A stretch of 64,000 nt of DNA, taken from positions 2,944,001-3,008,000 of the forward strand of contig OY762926.1 in the NCBI GenBank assembly GCA_963666735.1. Direction: 5' to 3'. Both the position numbers and the translations under genes were made by a program. A model generated the notes under the pieces. That model did not search any database. It was not told the origin of the DNA and saw only the letters and a program-made list of their open reading frames with translations. Below are positions 20,522 to 30,504 of this stretch, piece by piece; position 1 is the first letter of the stretch, and every line of letters begins with the position of its first letter. The stretch comes from Gemmatimonadota bacterium (GTDB taxonomy: Bacteria > Gemmatimonadota > Gemmatimonadetes > Palauibacterales > Palauibacteraceae).

Positions 20522-21511
20522 ATGGCCAGTGCCGAGCAGCTCAAGGCGTTGCTGAGGTCGCATCTGGAAGGCGACAACGACCGATTCATCTCGGTCGCCA
20601 TGCAGGTCGCCGCCCACGAGGCAAGGGTCGGGCACGGGAAACTGGCCACCGATCTGCGCGACATTATCGATAAGGCCAAGAGCCGGCGCGAGGCAGGATC
20701 TCCGGTCCCGATTGGTCGGCCGCGCGGGGAGCTGGCCAACCTGCTCCAGGTTTCCTACCCCAAGGCGCGGCTCGGGGACATGATCCTCGGGAAGGCCTTG
20801 GCGAGGCGGATTCACCGGGTCGTTCGCGAACAGCGCCACGCCGGCGAGATCCTTGACCACGGCCTCTCGCCGAGGCGCAAGCTCCTGCTCGTGGGCCCTC
20901 CAGGCACCGGGAAGACGCTGTCCGCCTCCGTTCTGGCAGGGGAACTCCGTCTCCCGCTGCTTCAGGTTCGGCTCGACGGCCTGATCACCAGGTTCATGGG
21001 AGAGACGGCAGCCAAGCTGCGCCAGATCTTCGACGCCACCGGCCAGACAAGAGGCGTCTACTTCTTCGACGAGTTCGACGCCATCGGTTCGGAACGCGGG
21101 ATCTCCAACGACGTGGGCGAAATCCGGCGTGTGCTGAACAGCTTCCTCCAGATGATCGAGCAGGACGACTCCCACAGCATGGTGATGGCAGCGACGAATC
21201 ATCCAAGGGTGCTCGACCGGGCACTCTTCCGTCGCTTTGACGACATTCTTCACTTCGAGATGCCGGACGTCTCCCAAATCGCCGAGCTACTGCAAACGCG
21301 GCTTGGTTCGGCCGCCTCGCGGGACATCGCGTGGAGCGGTCTCGCCGACTGCGCCGAGGGACTGAGCTTCGCGGATGTGGCGCGAGTAGCAAACGATGTT
21401 CTCAAGGACGCACTGGTCGGGCAGAGGGCGCGGATCCAGGAGGAGGAGATTCGGGTCGTGATCGACGAGCTCAAGGCGGTCGGCAACAGGCTGGCGGAGC
21501 CAAGCGCGTAG
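20522..21511 (+). CDS. ietA: AAA+ ATPase of IetAS-type system
   Basis: Walker A GPPGTGKT, Walker B YFFDEFDA, AATNH, DRALFRRFD; directly upstream of an S8 protease. Confidence 0.85.
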   Translation: MASAEQLKALLRSHLEGDNDRFISVAMQVAAHEARVGHGKLATDLRDIIDKAKSRREAGSPVPIGRPRGELANLLQVSYPKARLGDMILGKALARRIHRVVREQRHAGEILDHGLSPRRKLLLVGPPGTGKTLSASVLAGELRLPLLQVRLDGLITRFMGETAAKLRQIFDATGQTRGVYFFDEFDAIGSERGISNDVGEIRRVLNSFLQMIEQDDSHSMVMAATNHPRVLDRALFRRFDDILHFEMPDVSQIAELLQTRLGSAASRDIAWSGLADCAEGLSFADVARVANDVLKDALVGQRARIQEEEIRVVIDELKAVGNRLAEPSA

Positions 21512-21530
21512 TCGGCGCACGGTCCCCACA

Positions 21531-24041
21531 ATGGCGAACGAAAACGATGGGCGGAATCGGCACTTCATTCTCGAAGGCGTAACAGAGACCGAGGGGTATC
21601 GATATCCAGGTGGTGGTGGTGGAGATGGCCCGGCGATTCCCGAACGCGACCGGAGCACCCACGCCGCAGCGCTCCGAGGGCAACTGAGCGAAGTTCGCGC
21701 AACTGCCGAGGCCACTGCGGATGCCCAGCGGGACGCCGGGATGGAAGAGGGTCTGGGACTGCAGGTCGAATTCGAGAGCTTCCCCGATTTGGAGTTGGCC
21801 TTCGAGAGCTTGGCTCGAGAGAACCAGGGGATCGAGTTGCTGAATGTTCGCCATGGAAAAAAAACCACGCGCGCCACGGTTTTCTTGCCCGACGGCAAGC
21901 TCGATCACTTCGAGAACTTGATCGTAGCCTATCTGGAGCGCCGCAAGGATTCTCGTGATTATCCTCGAGACAACAGGCGGCTGCTCGACACCATCCAGCA
22001 GATCAGGGCGGCGAGCCTTCGGGCGCTCTGGACCGATGACGACGACGCGTTCCCCACCGATGAAACTGAGCCAGTGTGGTGGGAAGTGTGGCTACCCCTT
22101 AGGGGAAACCGACAAGCAACGACCGATGCGTTTCGCGAGAGAGCTGGCCTCCAAGGCATGCGCGTGGCCAAGGGAGATCTGCGATTCCCGGAGCGTACCG
22201 TCCTCTTGGCGCGTGCCTCGGTGGAGCAGCTGCGGGCGTCCATGGTCACACTGAACAACATCGCCGAACTGCGGCGCCCGAAGGAGACGGCGGAGTTCTT
22301 CGATTCCTTACACCCTTCGGAGCAACTGGAGTGGCTCGAAGACCTCTTGGCCAGGACTCGCTATCCGGACAGTGACGAAGATGTTCCCTATGTCTGCTTG
22401 CTCGACACGGGTGTCAACCGTGGTCATCCGTTGCTGTCCCCGGCGTTGGCCGTCGACGACCTGCACACGGTCGAGCCTGGTTGGGGCACCGACGACGGCG
22501 ATGGACATGGAACGGAAATGGCAGGCCTCGCTCTTGCCGGGAACTTGACGGAAGTGCTCGCCGGGAGCGGTCCGGTCGACTTCAGGCACCGGCTCGAATC
22601 AGTGAAGCTACTGCCGCACGATGGCGCGACAGGTACCGATCCGGAGCACCACGGATACCTCACGATCGAAGCTGCTGCTCGGCCCGAAATCACCGCTCCG
22701 GGCCACCGACGAGTGTTCGGCATGACCATCACGGCTCGAGACAACCGCGACCGCGGACGACCGTCTGCGTGGTCATCGGCCCTCGATGCATTGGCGGCCG
22801 ACTCATCCGAACACGGTAGCCATCCGCGGCTGCTCGTCGTATCGGCGGGCAACGTCGACGACCCCATGGCGTGGAGCAACTATCCGGTAAGCAACGACTC
22901 GGACGGTGTGCATGATCCAGCCCAGGCCTGGAACGTGCTGACGGTGGGCGCGTGCACTGACTTGGTGCGGGTGACTGGACCGGACACCCGCGGATACGCA
23001 CCTATCGCCCAGAAGGGGGGGTTGAGTCCGTATAGCACCACATCTTTGCCATGGGAAAAGCACTGGCCGCTGAAGCCGGATATCGTGATGGAAGGTGGGA
23101 ATGCCGCACGTGACTCCCTGAGCGCGGCGTCGCTCCCGAGCCTCAGCCTCTTGACGGCGGGCCACCGCCCTGCGGAGCGAGCCTTCACCACGGCTCACGC
23201 CACCAGCGCATCGTCCGCGCTCGCCGCCCGCTTGGCAGCCAGGGTGATGGAAGCATATCCGGGCCTCTGGCCGGAGACGGTTCGCGGGTTGATCGTGCAT
23301 TCTGCCGAGTGGACCGACGCGATGAAGGACGCGTATTTGCCCGCAATCGAGAATCCACCGAAGAGAGACTACCAGAGTCTTCTGCGTCGTTGCGGCTTCG
23401 GAGTACCGGATCTGGATCGCGCCCTCTGGAGCGTCGCCAATTCTCTGACCATGGTGGTGGAAGAGACCCTGGTCCCCTTCGAGCGTAGCAGGTCGGGAAA
23501 CGTGGTGACTCGGGACATGCAGATCCACAATCTCCCGTGGCCACAGGGGTCCCTTGAGGGGCTTGGCAATACGCCGGTCGAGATGCGCGTGACCCTCTCG
23601 TACTTCATTGAGCCGAATCCGTCGCGGCGAGGAGTCCGATCACGATACCGATATGAGTCGCACGGTCTTCGCTTTGACGTGAAGCGACCGCTCGAAACCA
23701 TCGACTCATTCCGCGGTCGAATCAGCGCTGCGGCGCGTGACGACGAGTATGCCGGCGGCACGAGCGGTGACGATCCGGCTTGGCTGATCGGTACGCAGAG
23801 CCGCCATCGGGGATCCCTTCACGGCGACATTTGGCGCGGAACCGCAGCCGATCTTGCCAGCCGGGGTGCTATTGCGGTGTATCCCACGTCTGGATGGTGG
23901 AGGACGCGTTCGGCGCTAAGGCACTACGATCGAGCGGTGCGGTATTCCCTGGTGGTCAGCATCCGGGCGCCTGACGTTGACGTGGACCTCTACGCCGAGG
24001 TCGCGAACCAGATTGATGTCGGCGTTCCGGTCGAGATTTGA
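21531..24041 (+). CDS. ietS: S8 subtilisin-like protease of IetAS-type system
   Basis: LLDTGVN, GHGTEMAG, VSAGN, ATSASS catalytic motifs; WPETVRGLIVHSA. Confidence 0.88.
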   Translation: MANENDGRNRHFILEGVTETEGYRYPGGGGGDGPAIPERDRSTHAAALRGQLSEVRATAEATADAQRDAGMEEGLGLQVEFESFPDLELAFESLARENQGIELLNVRHGKKTTRATVFLPDGKLDHFENLIVAYLERRKDSRDYPRDNRRLLDTIQQIRAASLRALWTDDDDAFPTDETEPVWWEVWLPLRGNRQATTDAFRERAGLQGMRVAKGDLRFPERTVLLARASVEQLRASMVTLNNIAELRRPKETAEFFDSLHPSEQLEWLEDLLARTRYPDSDEDVPYVCLLDTGVNRGHPLLSPALAVDDLHTVEPGWGTDDGDGHGTEMAGLALAGNLTEVLAGSGPVDFRHRLESVKLLPHDGATGTDPEHHGYLTIEAAARPEITAPGHRRVFGMTITARDNRDRGRPSAWSSALDALAADSSEHGSHPRLLVVSAGNVDDPMAWSNYPVSNDSDGVHDPAQAWNVLTVGACTDLVRVTGPDTRGYAPIAQKGGLSPYSTTSLPWEKHWPLKPDIVMEGGNAARDSLSAASLPSLSLLTAGHRPAERAFTTAHATSASSALAARLAARVMEAYPGLWPETVRGLIVHSAEWTDAMKDAYLPAIENPPKRDYQSLLRRCGFGVPDLDRALWSVANSLTMVVEETLVPFERSRSGNVVTRDMQIHNLPWPQGSLEGLGNTPVEMRVTLSYFIEPNPSRRGVRSRYRYESHGLRFDVKRPLETIDSFRGRISAAARDDEYAGGTSGDDPAWLIGTQSRHRGSLHGDIWRGTAADLASRGAIAVYPTSGWWRTRSALRHYDRAVRYSLVVSIRAPDVDVDLYAEVANQIDVGVPVEI

Positions 24042-24163
24042 GATTCCTCGCTGACGGAGAGGGTGTCGCACTACGCAGGCCGAGACGTCACCCTTAGGCT
24101 CCAACGGCACGTGGGCGCAGACGACCCCTTGGACGGGCTGCGGTGGCGTTTCCCGCCAACCGA

Positions 24164-24375
24164 TCAGGAAGGCTCGCCGGGCCCGCCCCGAGGTGAGTGG
24201 CGGTCCAGGAACTCGTCGGTGTGGTCGGGGAGGAGCAGGTTGTCGGCGATCGCCGCGATCTCCTCGGCTTCGCGCCACGCTCGCTCCAACTGCGCCAGTT
24301 CGCCTTCGAGCGCGCGCCGTTCCTGCTCTTCGTGCAGCGCCATCTCCAGGGCGAGGCGCGTGGGCTTGGGCATCA
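24164..24375 (-). pseudogene. 3' fragment (copy 1) of a conserved hypothetical gene
   Basis: MPKPTRLALEMALHEEQERRALEGELAQLERAWREAEEIAAIADNLLLP; repeated at about 27400-27985 and 30505-31490. Confidence 0.8.
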
Positions 24376-24543
24376 CGTCGCCGGACCGCTCCCCCAGACA
24401 GCCGATGCAGCGAAGGGAACGAGAGGACGCGTCGGCGTCGTTGAGAGCGCGATGATGGTCCGGACCGATCATCGGTAGGTGTGTCTCCACGGCCACGGAG
24501 TTATCGTATCGTCGCGCTGGATCCGTGGCCGATGGGACAAGCG

Positions 24544-25014
24544 ATGGACACGCGCACCGAGGAACAGCGTCGGCGGATCATGCGGGCCGTCAAGAGCCGC
24601 GACACGGGGCCCGAGATGGTCGTCCGTCGGCTACTTCACGGCTTGGGCTACAGGTATCGGCTCCAGCGGAAGGATCTGCCGGGAAAGCCCGATGTCGCTT
24701 TCCTGTCTCGGCGGAAGGCGATCTTCGTTCACGGGTGCTTCTGGCACGGCCACGGCTGCCCGAAGGGGCGTCTGCCGAAATCGCGCCTCGACTACTGGGA
24801 GCCGAAGCTCAGCGGAAACAAGGAAAGCGATAAGCGAAAAGAAGAGGAGTTGCGTTCGATGGGGTGGGGTGTGCTGGTGATATGGCAATGCGAGACGGTC
24901 GATCTCGAGGTATTGGCCCGACGCCTACACGGCTTTCTCGGCGGCCGAGCAGCCAGCGCAGGTCGGGGCACGTCGGCATCGAGCGTTAACGACGGAAGAG
25001 GCGCGGGGCCGTGA
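24544..25014 (+). CDS. vsr: very short patch repair endonuclease
   Basis: MRAVKSRDTGPE, LPGKPD, FVHGCFWHGH, IWQCE. Confidence 0.95.
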   Translation: MDTRTEEQRRRIMRAVKSRDTGPEMVVRRLLHGLGYRYRLQRKDLPGKPDVAFLSRRKAIFVHGCFWHGHGCPKGRLPKSRLDYWEPKLSGNKESDKRKEEELRSMGWGVLVIWQCETVDLEVLARRLHGFLGGRAASAGRGTSASSVNDGRGAGP

Positions 25015-26342
25015 GACCCATCGGGATCGACCTCTTTGCGGGGGCCGGCGGGCTCAGCCTTGGCTTCGAGCAGGCCGGCTTCGACGTGGCGGCGGCCATC
25101 GAGGTCGATCCGGTCCACTGCGCCGTCCACGAATTCAACTTCCCTCGCACGGCCACGATCCCCCATCCGGTCGAGACCCTGTCCGGCACCGATATCCTCG
25201 AATCCGCCGGCCTCGCGGGGCACCGGGTCGACTGCGTGTTCGGCGGCGCCCCCTGCCAGGGGTTTTCTCTCATCGGTCAGCGTGCCCTCGACGACCCTCG
25301 CAACGGGCTCGTGCGCGACTTCGTTCGCATCATCGCGGAGATCGAACCCCGAACGTTCGTTTTCGAGAACGTCAAGGGGTTAACGATCGGCCGGCACCGC
25401 AAGTTTCTCGATGAGCTGATCGAGGAGTTCTCCCGGATTGGATACGTCGCGCGCGAACCTTGGCGCGTTCTCAATGCCGGACACTTCGGCACGCCCCAGA
25501 GTCGCGAACGCCTGATCCTGCTGGGCGCCCGAAAGGGCGATGCCCTGCCCGGTTATCCGGAGCCCGTGACCGAGATCCCCAGCCCGCAGCAGCGCATCGT
25601 GGGCTTGCCGGAGGGGCCGACCTGCTCGGACGCGCTGCGAGACCTCCCGGACGTCGACGAGATCGAGGATCTGACGCGTTCGGACGCGACGGACGCCGCG
25701 GTGTACGGCGAGCCGTCGGAGTATGCGGCTGAGTTGCGGTGCCTGTCCGACGATGCCTGGCATTACGGTTATGTGCGCGAGTGGGACCCTTCCGTTCTTA
25801 CGTCGAGCGCCCGTACCGGGCATACGGAGATCTCGCGGCGGCGTTTCCGCGAGACGGCGCCCGGTACCGTGGAACCCATCAGCAGGTTCTTCAGGCTGCC
25901 GGAGTTCGGGGTCTCCAATACGCTGCGCGCAGGTACCGATGGAGCGCGCGGGGCTTTCACCAGCCCTCGTCCGATCCACTACCTCCACGATCGCTGCGTA
26001 ACCGTGCGAGAGATGGCCCGGTTGCACGGGTTTCCCGACTGGTTCCGATTCAACGCCACCAAATGGCACGGCGGACGGCAGATCGGGAACTCGGTCCCTC
26101 CGCCGCTTGCGAGGTCGATCGCCGGCGAGGTCATCCGATCACTCGGCGTGACTCCGGTTCGACCGACGGCCGCGATCTCCCTGGGAGACCCCGCGCTTCT
26201 GTCGTTCGACCCTTCGAGTGCCGCCAAGTACTTCGGCGTCGAACCGCCTCCGAGCCGCCGCGACAGGAAGAGCGGCGCGAGGAAGCGCAGGCAGATCGAC
26301 ATCGAGCGCGAGCGTCTGGGCAGGCAAGCGGCGCGTGTCTGA
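25011..26342 (+). CDS. dcm: C5 DNA cytosine methyltransferase
   Basis: DLFAGAGG, GGAPCQGFS, FENVKG, PQSRER, REMARLHGFPD, QIGNSVPP. Confidence 0.95.
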   Translation: MRPIGIDLFAGAGGLSLGFEQAGFDVAAAIEVDPVHCAVHEFNFPRTATIPHPVETLSGTDILESAGLAGHRVDCVFGGAPCQGFSLIGQRALDDPRNGLVRDFVRIIAEIEPRTFVFENVKGLTIGRHRKFLDELIEEFSRIGYVAREPWRVLNAGHFGTPQSRERLILLGARKGDALPGYPEPVTEIPSPQQRIVGLPEGPTCSDALRDLPDVDEIEDLTRSDATDAAVYGEPSEYAAELRCLSDDAWHYGYVREWDPSVLTSSARTGHTEISRRRFRETAPGTVEPISRFFRLPEFGVSNTLRAGTDGARGAFTSPRPIHYLHDRCVTVREMARLHGFPDWFRFNATKWHGGRQIGNSVPPPLARSIAGEVIRSLGVTPVRPTAAISLGDPALLSFDPSSAAKYFGVEPPPSRRDRKSGARKRRQIDIERERLGRQAARV

Positions 26343-27123
26343 GACGATAAACAGATACCAGGCCGTGATCGAGAAGGTGTTTTTCGATCACTACGCGCCG
26401 GGGATGACCGAGTTCGAGCTCCAGCGGGAAGAGCTTGAGGACGCGGTCACCGCGCTCGGCGTCGCTCGCGTCAAGAATCTCGGCGACATTCCGTACTCCT
26501 TCCGCTACCGAAATCCCTTTCCCGACAGCATTCTCGAAACGCAGCCCGAGGGGCACGAATGGATCATCGAAGGGGCCGGGAAAGGCCGGTATCGGTTCAA
26601 GCTGGTTACGGCGAGCCGTATCCTGCCGCGAGAGGATCTCGTCGTCATCGACATACCGGACGCCACGCCCGAGCTGATCCGGGCGTACCAACTCGACGAC
26701 GAGCAAGCTCTGCTCGCGATGGTGCGTTACAACCGCCTCATCGACACGTTTCTCGGCCTTACGGCCTATAGCCTGCAGAACCATCTCCGGACGACGGTCA
26801 AGGACCTGGGGCAGATCGAGATCGACGAACTCTACATCGGGATCGACAAGCTCGGTTGCCACTACGTGGTCCCCGTTCAGGCGAAGGGCGAAAAGGATCA
26901 GATCGGGATCGTGCAGACGACCCAGGATATCCGCTTCGCCGAGCAGAAGTTTCCCGGCATGCGCTGCCGAGCCATCGCCGCGCAGTTCCTGGACAACGAT
27001 GTGGTGGCGTTGTTCGAGTTGACGCTGCGGGACAGCGAGATCAGGGTCGTGGAAGAACGCCACTACCGGCTGGTGCCGGCCGATCAGCTCGATCCGGAGG
27101 CGATTAGGAGTTATCGCCTGTAA
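26335..27123 (+). CDS. putative type II restriction endonuclease (PD-(D/E)xK-like)
   Basis: translationally coupled to the MTase; QIEIDELYIG...PVQAKG nuclease-like motif. Confidence 0.7.
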   Translation: MSETINRYQAVIEKVFFDHYAPGMTEFELQREELEDAVTALGVARVKNLGDIPYSFRYRNPFPDSILETQPEGHEWIIEGAGKGRYRFKLVTASRILPREDLVVIDIPDATPELIRAYQLDDEQALLAMVRYNRLIDTFLGLTAYSLQNHLRTTVKDLGQIEIDELYIGIDKLGCHYVVPVQAKGEKDQIGIVQTTQDIRFAEQKFPGMRCRAIAAQFLDNDVVALFELTLRDSEIRVVEERHYRLVPADQLDPEAIRSYRL

Positions 27124-27394
27124 CCGCCATCGAGCGCTACAACGGCGGCTGGCTCCTCCAGCGGCACGGGTACCTGACCCCGGCCCGCGCCCGCGAGAAG
27201 CTCACCCGCCGGGCGGCTTGATGGGGTTAAGCCGCCCCTCTGTCCAAAACAGCGGGACCGCTGCACGCGAATCCCGGCAAGAACATCGTCTAAGTTCAAT
27301 CAGGACTGTTCTCGATGGTGCCGCAGCGGGACGCGGCGCGGACGACCCCATGGACCGACTGCCGTGGCGTTTCCTCCAACCGATCGGGAAGGCT

Positions 27395-27986
27395 CGCCGG
27401 ACCTTTCCCGACGTGAATGGCGGCTCAGGAACTCGTCGGTGTGCTCGGGCAGGAGCAGGTTGTCGGCGATCGCCGCGATCTCCTCGGCTTCGCGCCACGC
27501 TCGCTCCAACTGCGCCAGTTCGCCTCCGAGCGCGCGCCGTTCCTGCTCTTCGTGCAGCGCCATCTCCAGCGCGAGGCGCGTGGGCTTGGGCATCTTGCGG
27601 ACCCATCCGGGCCCGGACAGCCTGACCTGCCCCCCGCGCCCGGGCGCAGGGAGTTCGCGCGCAGTGGTAGCGGACCCTCGCTCGGTGGAATCGGCGATGA
27701 ACCGATGCGGGTCGCCGTGGGATTCGATCCGGGACACCGCTTCCCGGATGTGGCGAGCCGTCGCGCCGGCGCCATTGACTAGGGGAAGGAGAGCGTTGAT
27801 GGCTCGCCTGGCATCGTCGCCCTCGAACGAGTGCGGGCCTTTCCGTGAGAGCGGTCTCTGGTGGATCTCGACGCAAAAGCCGGGTTCGATGTCGTCGGCC
27901 CGTATCCGGGCGAATTGGGTGACCTCCTTCCACGTGAGCGTGTAGGGTGTGCCGTCGGAGCGCCGGAACTGGGCTGCATTGGCCAC
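27395..27986 (-). pseudogene. 3' fragment (copy 2) of the same conserved hypothetical gene
   Basis: near-identical to 30505-31040. Confidence 0.8.
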
Positions 27987-28029
27987 CGGAGCGGGCGGCG
28001 AACTCGGATACCGTGGAGGGGAGCTGTGT

Positions 28030-28935
28030 CTACCCTTCCCGGGTTGAGAGGTGATCCAGATCGAGCGGGTCGCTCTCGACGAAGTCGCGGGCGGTCAGGT
28101 CATCCAGAGTCAGGACCACGCCATCCACACGGACGAAGCGCTCGTAGGTCGACTCCGGCTGGGGCAAAGCCGTTAGGCAGAGCTCCCAGTTGTCGATCTC
28201 AAATGCCGGCTCGTCGTCATCTTGGACGAACCAGAACGTCAATTCCACGGCGTCGGCATCCCACGATGGGGCCGCTCGAACTCGGATTTCGCGGAGCGAG
28301 CGGAGGGCACGCCCCTCATCGCTCTGCCTGTCGTGTCTCTCCGACATCCGGTCCATCAACGGCCTGGCGAACACGACAAAGTCGTCGGGAAACGCCGTCC
28401 TCGCTCGCTTCCGGGCCAGCGCGAGGGAGAAGCGACGCGTCTCATCGTCCGTCCGGCATCCCTCGATCCGCTCCCAACCCGCCACGACCGGCTTCTCGAC
28501 CGTCATAACTCGGTCGAGGTCGGCCACGAGGCGGCGGTCCGCCACGCCCGGGATGAAGCCGTAGTTTGGCCGTCGACCTCGCTCGATCTCGTGGAGCACC
28601 TGACCATCAACCTCGACCAGCGGACTAACCTCGACGAAGGGGCGATCCGCGCAGTGCCGGACGAGGTCGCAAGTCTGAGTGAGGACCGCGAAGCCGAGGA
28701 CGGACGTCTCGGCGTTCTCGACTCCTTCGACGACCGCAGTTCTGCCGGCGTCGGTCAGCGGGTTTTGCGCGCTCGTCCGATACAGAAACCAAGCGTCCTC
28801 GACGACGCAGTCGCCCTGACGCCAAGTTGCGACTCTCTCGTCGACCTGCTCACCGATGGCACCGTCAACCGCGCCCACGCCGCTGGCCCCTTGCGGTTCG
28901 AGCGGCGCGCCCACGCCCCGGTTCCTGGTGTACAC
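28030..28935 (-). CDS. hypothetical protein, possible PemK/MazF-like toxin (start may be GTG 28878)
   Basis: WRQGDCV, AVLTQTCDLV, PFVEVSPL, VADLDRVMTVEK; last gene of an overlapping operon. Confidence 0.65.
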   Translation of the reverse strand: MYTRNRGVGAPLEPQGASGVGAVDGAIGEQVDERVATWRQGDCVVEDAWFLYRTSAQNPLTDAGRTAVVEGVENAETSVLGFAVLTQTCDLVRHCADRPFVEVSPLVEVDGQVLHEIERGRRPNYGFIPGVADRRLVADLDRVMTVEKPVVAGWERIEGCRTDDETRRFSLALARKRARTAFPDDFVVFARPLMDRMSERHDRQSDEGRALRSLREIRVRAAPSWDADAVELTFWFVQDDDEPAFEIDNWELCLTALPQPESTYERFVRVDGVVLTLDDLTARDFVESDPLDLDHLSTREG

Positions 28936-29578
28936 GGTCGCCCTTCGCGTCGTAGAGCTCGTCCGGCGGGAGGGGTTTACGGGCCGTCTGGGCCGCTTCG
29001 CTGAGCGGGGTTAGCGCCGGCATGAGGCGCGTCCGCCCTCGGCCAAGTGCCAAATGTGCCTCCCGAAACTGCTGATCCGCCAACATCTCGAACGGGCTCG
29101 TACCCCCACGGGCATCGAGCAGAGCCGCACGCGTGCCGCGTGCCGTGCCACGGTCGGCATCCCGGACAACATCCAGCACACGCATGAGCCGCTCGTGGTT
29201 GGTGGCGTTCAACGGCTTCCCGCTGGCCCAGAAGTGGACGCTGCGGCGCGATACCCCGAACAGCCCGGCGAGCTGCTCCCAAGTCAGGCCAGAGATTCGA
29301 CGCAACTCAGAGACGGCCTTACGGGTGGTCTCCGTCTCGATCTCCATCTGCGTCACCACAGCGTCGCGGCTTGGTCCGCCAGCGGTCGTCTCAAGATCGC
29401 GTACGTACGGTTCCCCCCAGATCTTCGTGGGCTCTGCAGACGACGTGCAGCCGATCCACAACGCGCCGCTTACCATGATCACCGACAGCGGGGCGCGATC
29501 CCGGATGCCGGCGTGACCGGCAAGGGACGTCGTTCCGTCACTGACGGCCGACTCGCGTAGCAGGGATTCGAGGGTCAT
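28865..29578 (-). CDS. XRE-type HTH protein (putative antitoxin)
   Basis: ELRRISGLTWEQLAGLFGVSRRSVHFWASG; 4-nt ATGA overlap with the upstream gene. Confidence 0.75.
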   Translation of the reverse strand: MTLESLLRESAVSDGTTSLAGHAGIRDRAPLSVIMVSGALWIGCTSSAEPTKIWGEPYVRDLETTAGGPSRDAVVTQMEIETETTRKAVSELRRISGLTWEQLAGLFGVSRRSVHFWASGKPLNATNHERLMRVLDVVRDADRGTARGTRAALLDARGGTSPFEMLADQQFREAHLALGRGRTRLMPALTPLSEAAQTARKPLPPDELYDAKGDRVHQEPGRGRAARTARGQRRGRG

Positions 29579-30387
29579 GGCTCACCTCCGTACCGTCGCA
29601 GAAACTCATCCGTGACCGCCCAGCGGAAGATGCTGTAGATGCGTTCGGCGAAGCCTCGCGCCTGCTCGACCACGGAGTCGACATCGAGCCGCCGGCTGCC
29701 GGCCTGAAACGACTGGGAGGCGTCGGCATCAAGGATCCAGCTGGGCTCGTCGATAGGGTCCAGCGCGCCAGGGTCAATCGTGCTGTGCGGTGCAAGCAGT
29801 CCCCAGCGGGCGGTAATCTGACCCGTGTTCCCGGGCAGTATGAACACGCTTTGCGAGACGGCGTGCTGAGCACGTGCGGCGAGCGGGGATCTGAGGATGC
29901 CCGCCACTTCCGGTCGAACGAGCTGCGGAAGAGCGCTCAGGTTTTCCCCGGACACGCGATCGATGTAACGGACGCCGATGCGATCCAATACCTGCGGATC
30001 GACGTGCTCCTTGAGTGCTCCCAGGATCCGCCTCAAGCGCTCCATGAAATCTTCACGGCTCGTGTATTCCGTGGTTTCCAGCGCGAGGAAGGTGGGTGCC
30101 AACGTGACACGCCATGCCCCGCTCGCTTCGCTGAAGCGCCATAAGGTGTTCGATCGTGTGGTGTCCACCACTCCCTGTGGGCCCAGGACGACGCTGCGCT
30201 CCTCCTCCGGGCGCAGCACCGGGTAGAACTCCCGAATGGCCTCCTGAAACGGCGCAATGAAGTCACGCTTCTCCACCGACGCGATGAGCGGAAAGCGCAC
30301 CTGGGCGATGACCCGCACGAGCGGCGGGTCAGTCAGCGGCACCTCGGGCGGGGGTGGCCCGGTCAGAGGCGTGTCGGCAGCAATCAC
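29575..30387 (-). CDS. TIGR04255-family protein
   Basis: PLTDPPLVRVIAQVRF, WRF, LALETTEYTSREDF, RIGVRYIDR, WILDAD, IFRWAVTDEF. Confidence 0.8.
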   Translation of the reverse strand: MIAADTPLTGPPPPEVPLTDPPLVRVIAQVRFPLIASVEKRDFIAPFQEAIREFYPVLRPEEERSVVLGPQGVVDTTRSNTLWRFSEASGAWRVTLAPTFLALETTEYTSREDFMERLRRILGALKEHVDPQVLDRIGVRYIDRVSGENLSALPQLVRPEVAGILRSPLAARAQHAVSQSVFILPGNTGQITARWGLLAPHSTIDPGALDPIDEPSWILDADASQSFQAGSRRLDVDSVVEQARGFAERIYSIFRWAVTDEFLRRYGGEP

Positions 30388-30440
30388 GTGATGGCTCGTT
30401 TGTCGATGAACGGCGTCGCTGTGCGGTGGCTTGCCAGGAA

Positions 30441-30481
30441 ATCATACCGCAGGGTGTCCCGTTTGTGAAGTAGAGTGTGAA
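30441..30481 (-). promoter_or_regulatory. sigma70 promoter of TIGR04255 operon
   Basis: minus strand TTCACA-17bp-TATGAT; a second TTCACA 12 bp upstream. Confidence 0.6.
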
Positions 30482-30504
30482 ATGGACTCGGAAGGTTGCC
30501 CGGA

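Noticed and set aside
19205..21277. 690-aa ORF as one protein
   Set aside because: The 5' half is antisense to the AAA ATPase; the real gene starts at 20284 with a clear RBS
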